64,000 bases of DNA, taken from NCBI GenBank assembly GCA_037132075.1, contig JBAXPV010000007.1:1-64000 (forward strand), given 5' to 3'. How positions within the stretch are numbered: position 1 is the first letter of the stretch; the number at the start of each line of letters is the position of its first letter. The DNA comes from Bacteroidota bacterium. GTDB lineage: Bacteria; Bacteroidota; Bacteroidia; Bacteroidales; CAIXZF01. The translations under genes and the position numbers were made by a program. This document shows, one piece after another, positions 28,397 to 39,279 of the stretch. The notes under the pieces were generated by a model, which saw nothing but the letters and a program-made list of their open reading frames with translations, did not search any database and was not told the origin of the DNA.

Positions 28397-29884
28397 ATGC
28401 TGACAAACAACAATCCATTTGAGATAAGGACAGGGTCGGGGAAGCTGGGATCCCCTGTCTCTGTTATTCTCTTTTTGTGTGTTGGAGGGTTTTTGTCGTT
28501 GGTGATCAGCAAAGGTGGAATTCTTGCCGGAATCGGGCTTATCATTCTTCCATTTATTTTTGCTTACCTGGTATGGCTTTTCACTGATCCGATTGTAGGA
28601 ATCTATACCGCGATCGTTTTGGCATTTCTGATTTTGGGAATAGGAAGATATATTAGCGGAGTTCAGTGGGGACTGGCGATGGATTCCATATTGATCCTTA
28701 CGTTTTTAGCATTGATATTCAACAGGTTCAAAACCAGAATAGATTGGACACCAGCAAAAAAGGACATTACCTACCTGACAATTATCTGGTTTGTCTTTAC
28801 AATACTTGAGGCAGCAAACCCTGAGATCCGAAGTATGGAAGCCTACATCGGGGGCGTACGAGGAATTTCGTTTTATATGTTGCTTCTCATTCCGCTTACT
28901 TTATTGCTCATGAATACCAGGCGGAAAATGGATATATTCATATATATATGGTGTGGTTTCTCTCTGTTAGTTTCGCTCAAAGGAATCGTACAGTTGACGA
29001 TTGGAGTAGATCCCTGGGAAAGTGCATGGCTGGAGGCAGGTGCCAAAGTAACACATGTCATTTTCGGGAAATTGAGAATTTTCTCGTTTTTGTGTGATGC
29101 CGGGCAATTTGGCGCCAACCAGGCATATTCTGCAGTGGTGGCTTTAATCATTTCCTTTACAGAACCTGACAAGCGAAAAAAGGCATTTTACATTGTCGTG
29201 GCTGTATTGGGTTTGTATGGGATGTTGATTTCAGGAACACGCGGTGCGATCAGTATCCCCCTGGTAGGATTCATTTTGTATTTCGTAGTGAGGAAAAATG
29301 TCACTGTAATGGTGAGTGGCTTCTTTATTCTGGCAGTTGTTTTTTATTTCTTTAAATTTACAACAATTGGCCAGGAAAATCAGCAAATCAGGCGGATGCG
29401 GACAGCTTTTGACCCGAATGATGCCTCATTCCAGGTTAGGTTGGAAAACCAGCAAAAGCTAAAAGTATATCTGGCTTCACGACCTTTTGGAGGCGGAATT
29501 GGACACGGAGGCGTGAAGGCTCAGCGATATCTTCCTAATGCATTCCTGTCGAATATTGCTACTGACAGTTGGTATGTACTGATATGGGCTGAACAAGGCA
29601 TCATAGGTTTGGTGCTCCACCTTTTTATTCTTTTTTATGTTCTTATAAAATCGTCGTATCTTATCATGTTCAGAATAAGGGATCCAATAGTGAAAGCGAA
29701 GATGACCGCATTTGCTGCAGGGATGGCCGGGGTTATGGTTGCCTCCTACGGTAATGCAGTACTGGGAACACTGCCTACCGGAATGTTATTATATACAAGC
29801 ATGGCATTGATGTTAAATTCTGAAGTCTTTGATAGCAAGCCCGAAGGTGTGACTTTAATCCCCGAAAAGACAAGTAACATATAA
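28397..29884 (+). CDS. O-antigen ligase/polymerase-like membrane protein (Wzy family)
   Basis: Polytopic, with a large loop containing SGTRGAISIP (Wzy_C-like GTRG motif). Confidence 0.6.
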   Translation: MLTNNNPFEIRTGSGKLGSPVSVILFLCVGGFLSLVISKGGILAGIGLIILPFIFAYLVWLFTDPIVGIYTAIVLAFLILGIGRYISGVQWGLAMDSILILTFLALIFNRFKTRIDWTPAKKDITYLTIIWFVFTILEAANPEIRSMEAYIGGVRGISFYMLLLIPLTLLLMNTRRKMDIFIYIWCGFSLLVSLKGIVQLTIGVDPWESAWLEAGAKVTHVIFGKLRIFSFLCDAGQFGANQAYSAVVALIISFTEPDKRKKAFYIVVAVLGLYGMLISGTRGAISIPLVGFILYFVVRKNVTVMVSGFFILAVVFYFFKFTTIGQENQQIRRMRTAFDPNDASFQVRLENQQKLKVYLASRPFGGGIGHGGVKAQRYLPNAFLSNIATDSWYVLIWAEQGIIGLVLHLFILFYVLIKSSYLIMFRIRDPIVKAKMTAFAAGMAGVMVASYGNAVLGTLPTGMLLYTSMALMLNSEVFDSKPEGVTLIPEKTSNI

Positions 29885-29913
29885 AGTAAGCATAAACATA
29901 TAAAAAGCACTAT

Positions 29914-30936
29914 ATGAAAAAAATATTAGTTACAGGTGGAACAGGATTTATTGGTTCACATACAGCTGTAGAACTGATGCAACATGGTTATTGTGTTATC
30001 ATTGTCGATAATTTGTCAAATTCTTCTATCGGGGTTCTCGATAACATAGCCAAGATTACTGGAATCAGACCTGAATATGAACAGTTTGATCTGGCAGATG
30101 GCGCACTTACAGCAGATTTTTTTGCACGTAACAGTGACATTTCCGGGATCATCCATTTTGCTGCATATAAGGCAGTTGGGGAGTCTATGGAAAAGCCCCT
30201 TGACTATTACAGGAATAACCTGCAATCATTGATTAATGTCCTGGAGGGAATGAAAACGCAGAACATCCGTGACATCGTTTTCAGTTCATCCTGTACTGTT
30301 TACGGGCAGCCTGATGAATTGCCCGTCACGGAAGAAGCTCCAATGAAACCGGCCTGGTCGTCTTATGGCAATACCAAGCAGATGTGTGAAGACATTCTGA
30401 AATTTGCAACGCAGGCGCATCCCTTGCATGCCATCGCCTTACGTTATTTTAATCCTATCGGGGCACATGAATCTGCGCTTATCGGGGAGCTACCACTGGG
30501 TGTTCCAAGTAATCTTGTGCCTTTTATTACTCAAACTGCCATTGGCATTCGCCCATTTTTGAGGGTATTCGGAGATGATTACAACACTACTGATGGCACT
30601 GCAATCCGGGATTATATTCATGTGGTGGATATTGCCAGGGCGCATGTTGTTGCCGTGGAACGTATGGTTAATGGTAAAGGCAAATCAAATCTGGAGGTAT
30701 TCAATCTGGGTACTGGTAATGGTTTCTCGGTGCTGGATGTTATTAATTCCTTTGAAAAGGTGAGTGGCGAAAAATTGAATTATTCTATCGTACCGCGTCG
30801 TCCAGGCGATGTGGAGATGGTATGGGCTGATACTCGATTTGCAAACGAAGAACTTGGATGGAAAGCAGAGAAAAGCCTGGATGAGATGATGTCTTCTGCA
30901 TGGAAATGGGAAAAAGCGTTGGCAAGTAAAGCATAG
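29914..30936 (+). CDS. galE: UDP-glucose 4-epimerase
   Basis: MKKILVTGGTGFIGSHT..EL...GY.V...DNLSNS and YGNTK catalytic region. Full-length GalE. Confidence 0.9.
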   Translation: MKKILVTGGTGFIGSHTAVELMQHGYCVIIVDNLSNSSIGVLDNIAKITGIRPEYEQFDLADGALTADFFARNSDISGIIHFAAYKAVGESMEKPLDYYRNNLQSLINVLEGMKTQNIRDIVFSSSCTVYGQPDELPVTEEAPMKPAWSSYGNTKQMCEDILKFATQAHPLHAIALRYFNPIGAHESALIGELPLGVPSNLVPFITQTAIGIRPFLRVFGDDYNTTDGTAIRDYIHVVDIARAHVVAVERMVNGKGKSNLEVFNLGTGNGFSVLDVINSFEKVSGEKLNYSIVPRRPGDVEMVWADTRFANEELGWKAEKSLDEMMSSAWKWEKALASKA

Positions 30937-30978
30937 GTTAGAAAAAGTAGTATATTTAATAAATTTAAGCACAGATCG

Positions 30979-32031
30979 ATGAAAAAGATTCTTGTTACAG
31001 GCGGTGCAGGTTTTATCGGCTCGCACCTGGTCAGGTTACTGGTGAAGAAATATCCTGACACACACATTGTTAATATCGACAAACTAACTTATGCCGGAAA
31101 TCTGGCTAATCTTACTGATATTCAAGATTCTGCGAATTATGAGTTTCTCAGAGGTGACATCGTGGATGATGACTTTGTACTTGAGACCTTCAAGTCTTAC
31201 AATTTTGACGGCGTGATCCACCTTGCCGCAGAATCGCATGTTGACCGTTCCATTACCAATCCCAAGGAATTTATCATGACGAATATTGTTGGCACATTAA
31301 ACTTGCTGAATGCAGCCAAGTTTTATTGGAAAGACAATTTTTCAGGAAAGCGTTTTTACCATGTCTCTACTGATGAAGTTTATGGTTCATTAGGCGATGA
31401 TGGTAAATTCGTGGAAACAACACCTTATGATCCCCGGAGTCCTTATTCAGCCTCCAAGGCCAGTAGCGATCACCTGGTACGGGCTTACCACCATACGTTT
31501 GGCTTACCTATAGTTATTTCTAATTGTTCCAATAACTATGGGCCCAATCAATTCCCTGAGAAGCTTATTCCTTTGATTATTAATAATATAAGGCATAATA
31601 AGCCATTGCCGGTGTATGGTCAGGGATTGAATATCCGTGATTGGCTTTATGTGGAGGATCATGCAAAAGCTATCGATCTTATCTATGAAAAAGGGATTAA
31701 TGGAGAAACCTACAATATCGGTGGTAACAATGAAAGGCAGAACATTGACATTGTCAAGACTTTATGTCATATCATGGACCGTAATCTTGGGAGGGCTGTT
31801 GGTGAGGGTGAAAAGCTGATCACCTATGTCACTGATCGGGCAGGTCATGATTTCAGATATGCCATTGATGCCTCCAAACTCCAAAATAGTCTGGGCTGGG
31901 CACCTGAAGTAAAATTTGACGAGGGCTTTGAGCAGACCGTTGCCTGGTACCTTGGGAATCAGGCCTGGCTTGATGAAGTCACATCGGGAAATTACCTGAA
32001 TTACTATGAAAAGATGTATCACAACCGTTAG
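30979..32031 (+). CDS. rfbB: dTDP-glucose 4,6-dehydratase
   Basis: [20 protein letters not shown]...YPD..IVNIDKLTYAGNLANL and a YSASKASSD catalytic block. Classic RfbB. Confidence 0.9.
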   Translation: MKKILVTGGAGFIGSHLVRLLVKKYPDTHIVNIDKLTYAGNLANLTDIQDSANYEFLRGDIVDDDFVLETFKSYNFDGVIHLAAESHVDRSITNPKEFIMTNIVGTLNLLNAAKFYWKDNFSGKRFYHVSTDEVYGSLGDDGKFVETTPYDPRSPYSASKASSDHLVRAYHHTFGLPIVISNCSNNYGPNQFPEKLIPLIINNIRHNKPLPVYGQGLNIRDWLYVEDHAKAIDLIYEKGINGETYNIGGNNERQNIDIVKTLCHIMDRNLGRAVGEGEKLITYVTDRAGHDFRYAIDASKLQNSLGWAPEVKFDEGFEQTVAWYLGNQAWLDEVTSGNYLNYYEKMYHNR

Positions 32032-32048
32032 ATTCTTTAATCTCTAAA

Positions 32049-32972
32049 TTGGTCGGGATGGATTATCCACTGGTCTCAATTGTTACGGTCAACTACGACC
32101 ACCCTGAAGTTACATGTGCATTGCTGGGTTCTTTGCGCAAAGCGACCTACAAGAATATTGAGATATTGGTTGTCGATAATGCCTCCCCGAATGATGACCC
32201 TGACATCATCGTTCAATTTTATCCTGAAGTTGTTTTTATACAAAGTAAAGAAAACCTGGGGTTTGCCGGGGGTAACAATCTTGCTATCCGGCAGGCAAAA
32301 GGAAAGTATGTTTTACTGCTTAATAATGATACAGAAGTTGAGCCCGGATTCCTGGAGCCCCTGGTTGAAAAATGTGAGTTGAATCCGGCAATAGGTGCCG
32401 TTAGTCCGAAAATCCGTTATTACTCACAGCCAGATACCCTTCAGTTTACAGGACAGGCCCCAATAAATCCTTATACAATAAGAAGTTATGGGTATGGGCA
32501 TGGACAAAAAGACAATGGCCAGTTCGACAAGGACAGTCTGACTTATTTTGTACACGGAGCGGCCATGATGATCCCGATGGCGGTTATTCGTAAAGTAGGT
32601 CTGATGGCGGAATCGTATTTTCTGTATTATGAGGAGCTTGACTGGGGTGCCCGTGTCAGGGCTGCAGGGTATGAATTGTGGTATGTACATAATTCCATGA
32701 TACTTCATAAAGAATCGATTTCGACAGGGAAGTTATCTCCCTTCAAGACGTATTACATGAATCGGTCACGCTTTCTTTACCTAAGAAGAAATGTTCGGGG
32801 TTTCACCTTTTTCATCGCGATGCTGTTCCAGGTGTTTGTGGCAATTCCGAAGAATATTACCGTATACCTCTTCAAAAGGCAGGGTGGCCATTTGAAAGCC
32901 TATCTCAATGCAGTTTCATGGCATCTCGGTCATATGTCGGCTATTGAAATCCATAAAAATCCGGTGCTGTAA
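32049..32972 (+). CDS. Glycosyltransferase family 2
   Basis: LVSIVTVNYD..E.T...L.SL.....NIEILVVDNAS..D, LLLNNDTEV. Confidence 0.8.
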   Translation: MVGMDYPLVSIVTVNYDHPEVTCALLGSLRKATYKNIEILVVDNASPNDDPDIIVQFYPEVVFIQSKENLGFAGGNNLAIRQAKGKYVLLLNNDTEVEPGFLEPLVEKCELNPAIGAVSPKIRYYSQPDTLQFTGQAPINPYTIRSYGYGHGQKDNGQFDKDSLTYFVHGAAMMIPMAVIRKVGLMAESYFLYYEELDWGARVRAAGYELWYVHNSMILHKESISTGKLSPFKTYYMNRSRFLYLRRNVRGFTFFIAMLFQVFVAIPKNITVYLFKRQGGHLKAYLNAVSWHLGHMSAIEIHKNPVL

Positions 32973-32997
32973 ACCATCAAAACCAAAACCAACAAAA

Positions 32998-34215
32998 ATG
33001 ATGTATCCCGCACTCTTCACCTTATATCAATCTTTCCAGATCCTGGTTTTTATATTGTTGGCTTTGGCCTCCCTGTACATTTTTGTATTTGCCTTTGCCG
33101 GATTATTTTACAGGCAAGCGGCCTATGTTTCTAACCCAAAACTTCGGAAAATTGCTGTGTTGATTCCCGGTTATAAAGAAGATGATGTCATCCTTGAAGT
33201 TGCGCAAGATGCTTTGAATCAGGATTATCCGCAGGACTTATATGATGTGGTTATCATTGCAGATTCTTTTCAGCAAGAAACAATTGACAAGCTTAAGGCA
33301 TTGCCAATAATAGTTATTGATGTCAAATTTGACAAAAGCACCAAATCAAAAGCCTTAAACAAGGCGATGGATCAGCTTCCTGCGGGTTATGAGATTGCGG
33401 TGGTACTGGATGCCGATAATCTGATGGCTAAGGATTTTCTTGCAAAGGTAAATGCTTCTTTTGAAAAGGGTTACATGGCTGTACAGGGGCATCGAGCTGC
33501 AAAAAATATGGATACTTCGCTGGCGGTACTTGATGCAGTCAGCGAGGAAATCAACAACCATATCTTTAGAAAAGGTCATCGTGTACTTGGGCTTTCATCT
33601 GCGATAATCGGTTCTGGTATGGCTTTTCAGTATGAATTTTTTAAAAGTATGATGTCGTCGGTCACTGCAGTTGGCGGGTTTGATAAGGAAATTGAGCTTA
33701 AAATGCTGAAGGATCAGTATAAGATCGCCTACCTAGATGATGCTTATGTTTATGACGAGAAGGTTCAGAAAGCCGAGGTATTCAGCAATCAAAGAAGACG
33801 GTGGTTGTCAGCCCAATTGCATTATTTCCGTAAAGATTTCTTTGCGTCATTAAAAGCATTGATTTTAAAAGGGAATGTTGATTATTTCGATAAATCCATA
33901 CAGTTTATTCAGCCACCCAGGGTCTTGTTGCTGGGGGCTATGATCATTTTTAATTTCTTTTTTATATTTGTTAATGTACTGATAGATAGATTTATATCAT
34001 ACAATTATTTCTGGCTTTCAATGGCAGGAGTTTGTCTGATGGCTTTCCTGTTCTCAGTACCTGCTTCTTTCTATAATATAAGAACATTAAGAGCCCTGGC
34101 AAGCCTGCCTAAAGGCATGTTGCTGATGCTTGGGTCATTGCTTAAAATCAAAGGGGCAAACAAGCAGTTCATTCATACCAAGCACAGTTCGGTCAAGTCA
34201 AAAACAGACTTATAA
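32998..34215 (+). CDS. Membrane-embedded processive-type glycosyltransferase family 2 (QxxRW motif)
   Basis: N- and C-terminal TM helices flank a GT-A domain with IAVLIPGYKED, VLDADNLM (DxD) and QRRRW. The start is chosen at ATG 32998 (MMYPALF). The track ORF begins at 32908, inside the upstream gene. Confidence 0.75.
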   Translation: MMYPALFTLYQSFQILVFILLALASLYIFVFAFAGLFYRQAAYVSNPKLRKIAVLIPGYKEDDVILEVAQDALNQDYPQDLYDVVIIADSFQQETIDKLKALPIIVIDVKFDKSTKSKALNKAMDQLPAGYEIAVVLDADNLMAKDFLAKVNASFEKGYMAVQGHRAAKNMDTSLAVLDAVSEEINNHIFRKGHRVLGLSSAIIGSGMAFQYEFFKSMMSSVTAVGGFDKEIELKMLKDQYKIAYLDDAYVYDEKVQKAEVFSNQRRRWLSAQLHYFRKDFFASLKALILKGNVDYFDKSIQFIQPPRVLLLGAMIIFNFFFIFVNVLIDRFISYNYFWLSMAGVCLMAFLFSVPASFYNIRTLRALASLPKGMLLMLGSLLKIKGANKQFIHTKHSSVKSKTDL

Positions 34216-34247
34216 ATGGCTCAAAGTCATCATATAAAATACTTACT

Positions 34248-35402
34248 ATGAAAATAGGAATAGAAGGACAGCGGCTTTTTCGACAGAAGAAACACGGGAT
34301 GGATATGGTAGCCCTTGAACTGATTCGTAACCTCCAGCGTATTGATCATGAGAATGAATATATCATCTTTGTCAAACCGGATGTTGATGATAAAGTTATC
34401 AGTGAAACTCCCAATTTCAGGATCGTCAAGCCAGATGGTGGTTTTTACCCCCAATGGGAACAATTCGCCCTGGCACGTGCTGCACGTGAAGCTGGATGTG
34501 AGATCCTGCATTGTACCAGTAATACCGCACCGATTAACACAAGTATCCCTTTGGTAGTGACTTTACATGACATTATTTACATGGAAAGCAGCTATTTTCA
34601 AATCTTAGAGGGAAGCGGAACACCCTATCAAAAATTCGGAAATGCTTATCGTCGGATGGTGGTCCCGCGTATTGTACAATCCAGCCGCAAGATCATCACC
34701 GTTTCTCATTTTGAGAAAAACAGGATTGGTGAATTTTTCGGAATCCAGGGTGACCCGCGGTTGACAGCCGTATATAATGGTGTTAGTGAGCATTTTAAGC
34801 CTGTTTCAGACCTATCTGAATTATCAAGGGTCAAAGAAAAATATCGTTTGCCTGAGCGTTACTTTTTTTTCCTGGGGAATACGGATCCCAAGAAAAACAC
34901 GAAAGGAACCTTGAAAGCCTATTCAGAATTTGTAAAAAAAACCGGCAGTGACATTCAATTGGTAATGCTCGATTACGATGGTGCAGCGTTGATTAAAATC
35001 CTAACTGATATTGGAGATCCGGGCTTGATTTCCCGGATTAAGCTGACGGGTTATGTCGTAAATACGGATTTGCCTGCCATTTATAGTCAATGTGAGTTGT
35101 TTCTCTATCCATCACTGCGAGAGAGTTTTGGCATCCCGATGCTGGAAGCCATGGCATGCGGTGCTGCAGTGATAACTTCAAACACATCCTCTATGCCGGA
35201 AGTAGCAGGTGATGCAGCCCTTATAGTCGACCCCTTTAAACCCGAAGAGATTACCGCGGCCATTATAAAACTGATTGAAGATAAATCACTTAAGGAATCC
35301 TTTGTACAGAAAGGCTACGTTCAGGCTGCCAAATTTTCATGGAAAGCAATGGCTGAAAATGTACTTGAGATCTATAGAGAAATAAGTTCCAGCAAGAAAT
35401 GA
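34248..35402 (+). CDS. Glycosyltransferase family 4 (GT-B, retaining)
   Basis: C-terminal E.FGIPMLEAMACGAAVITSNTSSMPEVAGDAALIVDP (EX7E region). Confidence 0.85.
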   Translation: MKIGIEGQRLFRQKKHGMDMVALELIRNLQRIDHENEYIIFVKPDVDDKVISETPNFRIVKPDGGFYPQWEQFALARAAREAGCEILHCTSNTAPINTSIPLVVTLHDIIYMESSYFQILEGSGTPYQKFGNAYRRMVVPRIVQSSRKIITVSHFEKNRIGEFFGIQGDPRLTAVYNGVSEHFKPVSDLSELSRVKEKYRLPERYFFFLGNTDPKKNTKGTLKAYSEFVKKTGSDIQLVMLDYDGAALIKILTDIGDPGLISRIKLTGYVVNTDLPAIYSQCELFLYPSLRESFGIPMLEAMACGAAVITSNTSSMPEVAGDAALIVDPFKPEEITAAIIKLIEDKSLKESFVQKGYVQAAKFSWKAMAENVLEIYREISSSKK

Positions 35403-35422
35403 ACGGGTAAAAAATTATCGCT

Positions 35423-36613
35423 ATGATCAAAAACCGCGACATCATTGTAGTTGGCATTCAATCCTGGGACATTGAAATCGGGAGTAATTGCAAGAATATT
35501 GCCATTGAGTTTGCGAAACATAACCGTGTATTGTATGTGAATTCGCCTCTTGACCGGATGACGATATGGCGAAAAGGGAAGACACCCTATGTTAAGAAAA
35601 GACTGGAGATGATCAAAAGCGGTGCTGATGATCTCGTGAAACTCGATGAGAATCTTTGGAATCTTTATCCGGCAACGATCCTGGAATCGAATTCCCGTAT
35701 ACCCGGCAAGATATTGTTTGAGATTTTGAATCGAATCAACAACAAGCGTTTTGCAAAAGAAATTGCCAAGGCGGTGAAACGGCTTGATTTCAAAGATTTT
35801 ATCATCTTCAACGACAGCGATATGTTTCGTAGTTATTCGCTTGCTGATCTCTTATCTCCCAAACTTTACACTTATTATACACGTGACAACCTAATGGCTG
35901 TTGATTATTATGCAAAGCACGGCTTTAGGTTAGAGCCGGCTTTGATGGCAAAATCAGACCTTGTCGTGGCGAATTCGACCTACCTGGCAGCATTGGCAGC
36001 AAAGTACAATCCTAAGAGTTTTTACGTCGGCCAGGGTTGCGACCTGAGTATCTACGACAAAACGAAATTAAGCAATGTCCCGGTTGATATGACCGCTATC
36101 CCCAAACCGATTATTGGGTATACCGGCGCTTTATACAACATCCGGCTCGACATTGACATCCTGGTCCATATTGCCCGAGAAAAGCCTGAATGGAGCCTCG
36201 TCTTGATCGGACCTGAGGATAATGACTTTAAAAACAGCGATTTACATAAGATGTCAAATGTGCATTTTCTTGGAAATAAAAAGCCTGAGGAATTGCCAGC
36301 TTATGTCAATTGCTTTGATGTAGCCTTAAACCCGCAAAAGCTGAATGAGGTGACGCGCGGCAATTATCCCCGTAAAATCGATGAGTATCTCGCAATGGGT
36401 AAACCAACCGTCGCAACAAAAACGGAAGCCATGTCGGTATTCGCGGATTACACTTATCTTGCGGCAAATAACCTCGAATATATTCGATTTATCGAAAAAG
36501 CACTTTTGGAAAATTCGCCTGAGCTTGAATCAGGGCGCGAGGCTTTTGCGCGAAGCCACTCGTGGGAGAACAGCGTAAAGGCTATCTATGAACAGATGGA
36601 GAAATTTTTATAA
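35423..36613 (+). CDS. GT-B fold glycosyltransferase (GT4-like)
   Basis: C-terminal LVLIGPED....KMSNVHFLGNKKPEELPAYVNCFDVALNP...KIDEYLAMGKPTVAT pattern of GT-B nucleotide-binding domains. Confidence 0.55.
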   Translation: MIKNRDIIVVGIQSWDIEIGSNCKNIAIEFAKHNRVLYVNSPLDRMTIWRKGKTPYVKKRLEMIKSGADDLVKLDENLWNLYPATILESNSRIPGKILFEILNRINNKRFAKEIAKAVKRLDFKDFIIFNDSDMFRSYSLADLLSPKLYTYYTRDNLMAVDYYAKHGFRLEPALMAKSDLVVANSTYLAALAAKYNPKSFYVGQGCDLSIYDKTKLSNVPVDMTAIPKPIIGYTGALYNIRLDIDILVHIAREKPEWSLVLIGPEDNDFKNSDLHKMSNVHFLGNKKPEELPAYVNCFDVALNPQKLNEVTRGNYPRKIDEYLAMGKPTVATKTEAMSVFADYTYLAANNLEYIRFIEKALLENSPELESGREAFARSHSWENSVKAIYEQMEKFL

Positions 36614-36624
36614 AAAGGAAGACA

Positions 36625-37251
36625 ATGGGATCGCAAAGCATGATTTCAAGGGTTAAGTCAAATCCATCACTGAAGAAATTGGTACTTTGGTCGTTGATGC
36701 CTAAAAACCAGGCCAGGCCGAGGTTGTGGGTCAAGTGGTTTGTCAATCCATTTGTTCATCATCATGGAAAACGGAGCCTTGTTCGCCGCAGGACACGCAT
36801 GGATGTGATGCCGTTCAATAGTTTTTATATTGGTGATGACTCTACCATTGAGGATTTTTGTACGGTAAATAACGGTGTGGGAACAGTGAAAATCGGTGAC
36901 AGGACTCGGATTGGACTGGGTAGTGTTTTAATTGGTCCGGTGGAAATTGGCAATGACGTTCGCCTTGCCCAGAATGTCGTAATGAGTGGATTAAATCATA
37001 ATTATGAGGATGTTTCAAAGTCAATCAGTCAGCAAGGCGTGAGTATGAAGCCAATCCTGATCAGCGATGAAACCTGGATCGGCGCCAATGTCTTCATTTC
37101 CGCCGGGGTCACAATCGGGAAGCATTGCGTGGTGGCAGGAGGAAGTGTTGTTACCAAGAATGTTCCTGATTATTCAATTGTTGTTGGGAATCCTGCCAAA
37201 GTGATCAAACAATACAATTCGAATTCAAAAAGCTGGGAACGTGTGAGTTAA
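36625..37251 (+). CDS. Hexapeptide-repeat (left-handed beta-helix) sugar O-acetyltransferase (WcaF/WbbJ-like)
   Basis: Repeating [LIV]GxxxxIG hexapeptides (IGDRTRIGLGSVLIGPVEIGNDV...IGANVFISAGVTIGKHCVVAGGSVV). Confidence 0.8.
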   Translation: MGSQSMISRVKSNPSLKKLVLWSLMPKNQARPRLWVKWFVNPFVHHHGKRSLVRRRTRMDVMPFNSFYIGDDSTIEDFCTVNNGVGTVKIGDRTRIGLGSVLIGPVEIGNDVRLAQNVVMSGLNHNYEDVSKSISQQGVSMKPILISDETWIGANVFISAGVTIGKHCVVAGGSVVTKNVPDYSIVVGNPAKVIKQYNSNSKSWERVS

Positions 37252-37269
37252 TTAAGAATTATTCAATAA

Positions 37270-38040
37270 ATGAGAAAAATACTTACCTATCTGGCTTATC
37301 TGTATGATTACTTGAAACATGGAGACCTTACTTCTGTTTATGCCTCCATTAACTATATTTTTAACAAGAAATCACATCAGAAGGATAGGGTTATCATCAC
37401 TTCAGCGGGAACATTCTTCTGCAGGAAAAACACCAATGACTTCCAGTTTGCCAATTACTATTATGAGTGGACCGTAAGAAAGTTCTTTGTAAATCACCAC
37501 AAAGAATTTAGTGTATTTATCGATGGAGGTTCCTGTATTGGTAATTATAGTGTATTAATGTCAGGATTGGGTTTGCGTTGCATTGCCTTCGAGCCCATGA
37601 GCAGCAATTATGATGTACTTCGTAAAAATTTGGAATTAAACAATTTACAGCAGAAGGTAATGGCCTTGCCCTATGGATTGGGTTCTGAAAACACGACTTT
37701 GAGTTTTGCTTTTGATACAGTGAATACAGGAGCATCACATAGAATCAGGATCAGTTCCAACAATGTGCAGCAGGTTGAAATCAGAACTTTTGACTCTTTG
37801 TTGCCGGAACTTTCTCTTGCATTGACAGAGAAAATTTTGTTTAAATTGGATGTGGAAGGTATGGAGTCAGAAGCCATTCAAGGGGCTGCTCAATTCATTA
37901 AAACATACCCGAATCTTACTTTTGTTATTGAAGACAAGCACAGCGGAGAAATCCGTATTAAAGAAGAGCTTCTCAAAATCTGCAAATTTGAGTTTGGTGT
38001 TGTAGATGAATTCAATATTTATGCAAGAAAAGTGAATTAA
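37270..38040 (+). CDS. FkbM-family SAM-dependent methyltransferase
   Basis: IDGGSCIGNYS Rossmann motif and overall FkbM-like layout. Confidence 0.65.
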   Translation: MRKILTYLAYLYDYLKHGDLTSVYASINYIFNKKSHQKDRVIITSAGTFFCRKNTNDFQFANYYYEWTVRKFFVNHHKEFSVFIDGGSCIGNYSVLMSGLGLRCIAFEPMSSNYDVLRKNLELNNLQQKVMALPYGLGSENTTLSFAFDTVNTGASHRIRISSNNVQQVEIRTFDSLLPELSLALTEKILFKLDVEGMESEAIQGAAQFIKTYPNLTFVIEDKHSGEIRIKEELLKICKFEFGVVDEFNIYARKVN

Positions 38041-38060
38041 AATCATTTTATTCTAAGCTT

Positions 38061-39251
38061 ATGCTGGCACTTAAAATTATCTTCTGGACCCTCTTGTTTA
38101 TAGTGTTCTATGCATATATTGGATATGGCATATTGTTATATATCCTGATTAAATTCAAGCGATTGTTATTTCCCGGGAAAGGAAATGCTCAATTCCCTGA
38201 AGTCGAGCCTGAAGTCACACTTTTTATCACAGCTTTTAATGAGAAAGCTATGGTTGCCGATAAAATCAGGAACTCACTTGAGTTGGATTATCCTGCGGAA
38301 AAGCTTCATATGGTTTGGGTTACTGATGGTTCCGATGATGGAACTCCGGAATTACTCAGGCAGTATGAAGGGATCTCAGTATATCATAAGCCTGAGCGTA
38401 AGGGAAAAATTGCTGCCATGAATCGTGGGATGGAATTTGTAAAAACCCCGATCGTAGTGTTTTGTGATGCAAACACTTTATTGGGGAAGGAGTCGATTCG
38501 CCGTATCGTCCATCTCTTCAATAATCCTAAAGTAGGTTGTGTATCAGGAGAGAAACGGATTTTCAGCAAAGATAAAGACAATGCTGCCGGTGCCGGCGAA
38601 GGTCTTTACTGGAAATATGAATCGACCTTAAAAAAATGGGATGCGGAGCTTTATTCTGTGGTGGGTGCTGCCGGTGAGTTGTTTGCCATTAGAACCCCTC
38701 TGTATCGTGAAGTGGAGGGTGACACCTTACTCGATGACTTCATCGTTTCATTAAGGGTAGCCATGGAAGGATATACCATTCAATATGACCCTGAGGCCTA
38801 TGCCATTGAGACTGCTTCTGCCAATGTTAAAGAAGAGCTAAAACGTAAAATCAGGATATCTGCAGGTGGAATTCAATCAGTAATTCGGTTGAGTCCATTG
38901 CTCAATGTGTTCAAATACGGGACTTTGTCATTTCAGTATATTTCTCATCGTGTTTTAAGGTGGACTTTGGCACCCTTGTCCTTACTCTTTCTGCTTCTGA
39001 TCGGTTTCTGGCTGGCCTTTAATGAAGGCATGCTTGCAGGCGGTTTTTATGGGATTATTTTTTGGCTTCAGGTTGTGTTTTACCTGGCCGCTTTGTTGGG
39101 TTGGTATCTTGAGAATAAATCCATACGTGTGAAACTACTTTTTGTGCCCTATTACTTTTTTATCATGAACTTATCAGTTTTCCTGGGGTTTAATCGTTAT
39201 GTGAAACGGACTCAGTCGGTGAACTGGGAACGCGCCAAACGGGCGGGTTAG
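38061..39251 (+). CDS. Membrane-associated glycosyltransferase family 2
   Basis: TM N-terminus, then LFITAFNE, DGSDDGT and VFCDANT (DxD) motifs. C-terminal TM helices. Confidence 0.8.
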   Translation: MLALKIIFWTLLFIVFYAYIGYGILLYILIKFKRLLFPGKGNAQFPEVEPEVTLFITAFNEKAMVADKIRNSLELDYPAEKLHMVWVTDGSDDGTPELLRQYEGISVYHKPERKGKIAAMNRGMEFVKTPIVVFCDANTLLGKESIRRIVHLFNNPKVGCVSGEKRIFSKDKDNAAGAGEGLYWKYESTLKKWDAELYSVVGAAGELFAIRTPLYREVEGDTLLDDFIVSLRVAMEGYTIQYDPEAYAIETASANVKEELKRKIRISAGGIQSVIRLSPLLNVFKYGTLSFQYISHRVLRWTLAPLSLLFLLLIGFWLAFNEGMLAGGFYGIIFWLQVVFYLAALLGWYLENKSIRVKLLFVPYYFFIMNLSVFLGFNRYVKRTQSVNWERAKRAG

Positions 39252-39279
39252 CTTCCTGTTGATTTAATTAACCTCTGGA